Source of the DNA: a virus
Taxonomy: Duplodnaviria > Heunggongvirae > Uroviricota > Caudoviricetes
IMG/VR virus record: IMGVR_UViG_3300002835_005179
Location: 1 to 64,000 of that record
Strand: one strand, 5' to 3'
Length of the DNA stretch: 64,000 nt
The stretch's first letter is position 1; each line of letters begins with the position of its first letter. The notes beneath the pieces are model-generated. The model made no database searches. It saw only the letters and a program-made list of their open reading frames with translations, and was not told where the DNA came from. This document shows, piece after piece, positions 62,175-64,000 of this stretch. The translations under genes and the position numbers were made by a program.

Positions 62175-63116
62175 TTAAAATTCAACATCAATTAAACCAC
62201 ACTGAAAAACAGGAAGGTTGAGTTCTTTCCAACATTCCCTGATGACCTGTGGTCGATCGTCAAAGACTACAATTACATTATACTTATCTTTTACATATAA
62301 GTCAAACAATTCTTTCTTGACAAGCGAATCACGACGGCGATCGCCTTCTTTGCGCATGTGCAATTCAACACAATAATCGCTGGTAAAATTAGTCTTATGA
62401 TTTTCAACTTCAAGTCCACACTTATCATTTGTCCAACGAACAGTGGGTTCCAAAGCCTTCTCTGACCGACCAGAGAAAACAAACACTTTGAGTTCTGGAT
62501 TCGCAGTCATCATTGAGATGATAGTGAATAGAACGTGCTGACGAACATCATCCTGATACACCTTATGCTCATCATAAGGACCACGATCCTTCATCTGAGC
62601 CATGGTACCATCGATATCGACGATGATACAGTCAGGCAGTTTGTTCGGAATCCAAGCAGGCAGATCACGATCTACAGGTGTCTTCATGAATTGATTATAC
62701 ATGTTACGAATTACCTTTTCGCCAACCTGAGCGAACTCATCACGCAATGAGTTACGACGAATACATTCTTCAAGAGAAACGTGGCGGAAGTCTACAATCT
62801 CAATCACATACCCAAGTTTCTCGCAAGATTCCTTGGTAGATTTAAGGGTCTTCGGATTCAGATGAGTATTATCGATCACAATATCTGCTTTGACAAGCGC
62901 TCTGGCAACAATCAACATCTCACGATTCGCCCGAACTGCGTCTTCAATCTTTGGAGACCAGTTACGATGACCAAGCGATTCATAGATAGCATTTCGAATG
63001 TCGTCGTTATTGATTCGAACAATAATATTCTCATCCGTAGAATTCTTCTCGCAGAAGTCTTTCGCCCAAGTAGATTTACCAGAAGCAGGTAAACCGATAG
63101 TAATATATGCTTTCAT
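62175..63116 (-). CDS. pseT: Polynucleotide 5'-kinase/3'-phosphatase (T4 PseT-like)
   Basis: N-terminal P-loop GLPASGKST and C-terminal HAD motif IIVDIDGT. Confidence 0.85.
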   Translation of the reverse strand: MKAYITIGLPASGKSTWAKDFCEKNSTDENIIVRINNDDIRNAIYESLGHRNWSPKIEDAVRANREMLIVARALVKADIVIDNTHLNPKTLKSTKESCEKLGYVIEIVDFRHVSLEECIRRNSLRDEFAQVGEKVIRNMYNQFMKTPVDRDLPAWIPNKLPDCIIVDIDGTMAQMKDRGPYDEHKVYQDDVRQHVLFTIISMMTANPELKVFVFSGRSEKALEPTVRWTNDKCGLEVENHKTNFTSDYCVELHMRKEGDRRRDSLVKKELFDLYVKDKYNVIVVFDDRPQVIRECWKELNLPVFQCGLIDVEF

Positions 63117-63196
63117 TAGAGAACCACCGTATACAAAACGATAATCAAAATTAGAGCGGCGAAGGCCAGGAAGTCTTTGATGTCACTCATACTCAT
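63116..63196 (-). CDS. Candidate 26-aa hydrophobic peptide
   Basis: MSMSDIKDFLAFAALILIIVLYTVVL. The ATG lies 6 nt after TATACT, and a TAATG junction links it to the pseT start. Confidence 0.3.
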   Translation of the reverse strand: MSMSDIKDFLAFAALILIIVLYTVVL

Positions 63197-63202
63197 ATTA
63201 AT

Positions 63203-63231
63203 AGTATACCGTATTGTGTTCAAAATATCAA
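63203..63231 (-). promoter_or_regulatory. Sigma70-like promoter TTGATA-N17-TATACT placed 6 nt before ATG
   Basis: Minus strand reads TTGATAttttgaacacaatacggTATACTattaatATG. Confidence 0.5.
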
Positions 63232-63434
63232 TCGATGACAAATCTTTTTTTCTGAACTGGAGCCCACATCAGATGCTCCTCATTAATCCATTCTGGATAG
63301 AATCGACCATTCAAGATATCACAATGTCGCTGGATCTCAAGATTCGATGCTACAGAATCATAGAGAACTTCACCAGTCATTCGTTCTACAATAGCATTAC
63401 CAATAACCATAAACCGATCGATGTTGCTATTCAT
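63228..63434 (-). CDS. Hypothetical protein (68 aa)
   Basis: Track ORF. Confidence 0.4.
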   Translation of the reverse strand: MNSNIDRFMVIGNAIVERMTGEVLYDSVASNLEIQRHCDILNGRFYPEWINEEHLMWAPVQKKRFVID

Positions 63435-63617
63435 TTAATTTTCCTTTAAGAGATATTCGTTAGAGATTGTCTTGAACGAGATGTTTGGATCAAAGATAGA
63501 CTTCCAAACAAGTCCTTCACGCTTCATATCAGGATTCAAAACAGAATTCCCATCAGCCATATTCAGCATTACATCAACGCTAGAGCCAATCAATCCACTT
63601 TCGTTTATTATACGCAT
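63435..63617 (-). CDS. Small protein (60 aa) resembling a ligase C-terminal fragment
   Basis: REGLVWKS..ISFKTISNEYLL resembles nucleotidyltransferase motifs IV and V. No KxDG motif upstream. Confidence 0.3.
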   Translation of the reverse strand: MRIINESGLIGSSVDVMLNMADGNSVLNPDMKREGLVWKSIFDPNISFKTISNEYLLKEN

Positions 63618-63627
63618 GTATCCTCTA

Positions 63628-63876
63628 TTAAACTTGAGTTAGAAATAATGAGTCCTCATTATCTTTAATGAATTTCAGGACATCAAATAAAGTGTTCAAA
63701 ATTTTATGATCATACGAATATTTCGAAGGGGACTTGGGATCAACATAACGGTGTTCAAAGGAACAATTGTTAGCATCGTACGATCCAATATACTCGTCGG
63801 TCTTGATGTCATAAAAATCCAACCAAGAACCAGTCAACGAAGGACCGATTTTAATTTTAGAAGTAGCGACGATCAT
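63628..63876 (-). CDS. Hypothetical protein (82 aa)
   Basis: Track ORF. The ATG lies exactly 6 nt after the TATAAT of cassette copy C. Confidence 0.45.
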   Translation of the reverse strand: MIVATSKIKIGPSLTGSWLDFYDIKTDEYIGSYDANNCSFEHRYVDPKSPSKYSYDHKILNTLFDVLKFIKDNEDSLFLTQV

Positions 63877-64000
63877 ACAACCATTATACCTGATCCAAAA
63901 CCGAGGAGCAAGTTTTTTTGAAAGAATATCTCATTTAAAATCAATGACTTGCTGCAAGTGATTGAAAACAAATAGAATATTCTTTCACACAATCTTCAAG
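63877..64000 (-). promoter_or_regulatory. Conserved promoter cassette, copy C (minus orientation, runs off the window)
   Basis: Minus strand reads GAATATTC..TTTTCAATCACTTGCAGCAAGTCATTGA..GAGATATTCTTTCAAAAAAACTTGCTC-N17-TATAAT-ggttgt-ATG. Confidence 0.65.

Noticed and set aside
1-64000. Prophage or integrative-element features such as an integrase, att sites or transposases.
   Set aside because: None were seen. Gene content and order are those of a lytic T4-like genome. The tmRNA-like gene is complete rather than an attP-type 3' fragment.

Overview
This window is an AT-rich fragment of a T4-like myovirus genome. I found no rRNA, CRISPR array, integrase or transposase.

Gene layout:
- 1-12.1 kb (+): late structural module, comprising tail fibre, terminase small and large subunits, sheath, tube, portal, prohead protease, scaffold and major capsid protein. 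T4-type TATAAATA late promoters sit upstream.
- 13.3-19.5 kb (-): auxiliary block with a ClpP-like peptidase, an SPFH lipoprotein, UvdE, a deaminase, a deoxyribosyltransferase-like protein, PRPP synthetase and NAMPT.
- 21.2-24.1 kb (+): rIIA and rIIB, followed by one tRNA.
- 24.5-33.4 kb (+): a late operon of large proteins.
- 33.4-36.8 kb (+): gp55, gp47 and gp46.
- 36.8-64 kb (mostly -): a Clp-type ATPase, RNA-repair genes (Rnl1, Pnkp), two GIY-YIG homing endonucleases, gp41 helicase, UvsX, gp43 DNA polymerase, GH19 lysozyme-like genes, a 1061-aa TonB-dependent-receptor-like outer-membrane protein, thioredoxin, Hsp20, GMP reductase and dUTPase.

Most notable observations:
1. A circularly permuted (two-piece) tmRNA-like gene at 37.8-38.1 kb lies beside the Clp ATPase, and a ClpP is encoded elsewhere in the window.
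2. The single tRNA has a CUA (amber-suppressor) anticodon.
3. A family of tandem small genes encodes a basic leader plus Ser-Xaa dipeptide repeats built on a (TCTNGG)n microsatellite. It occurs at two inverted loci (20.3-21.1 kb and 46.45-47.28 kb).
4. Several late proteins carry T4 capsid-targeting-sequence-like N-termini, which suggests a packaged and injected enzyme set.
5. A conserved promoter cassette of about 110 bp, and a second promoter class, both end exactly 6 nt before ATG, which implies leaderless mRNAs.

All calls rest on reading the sequence and recognising motifs. No database searches or numeric computations were run.
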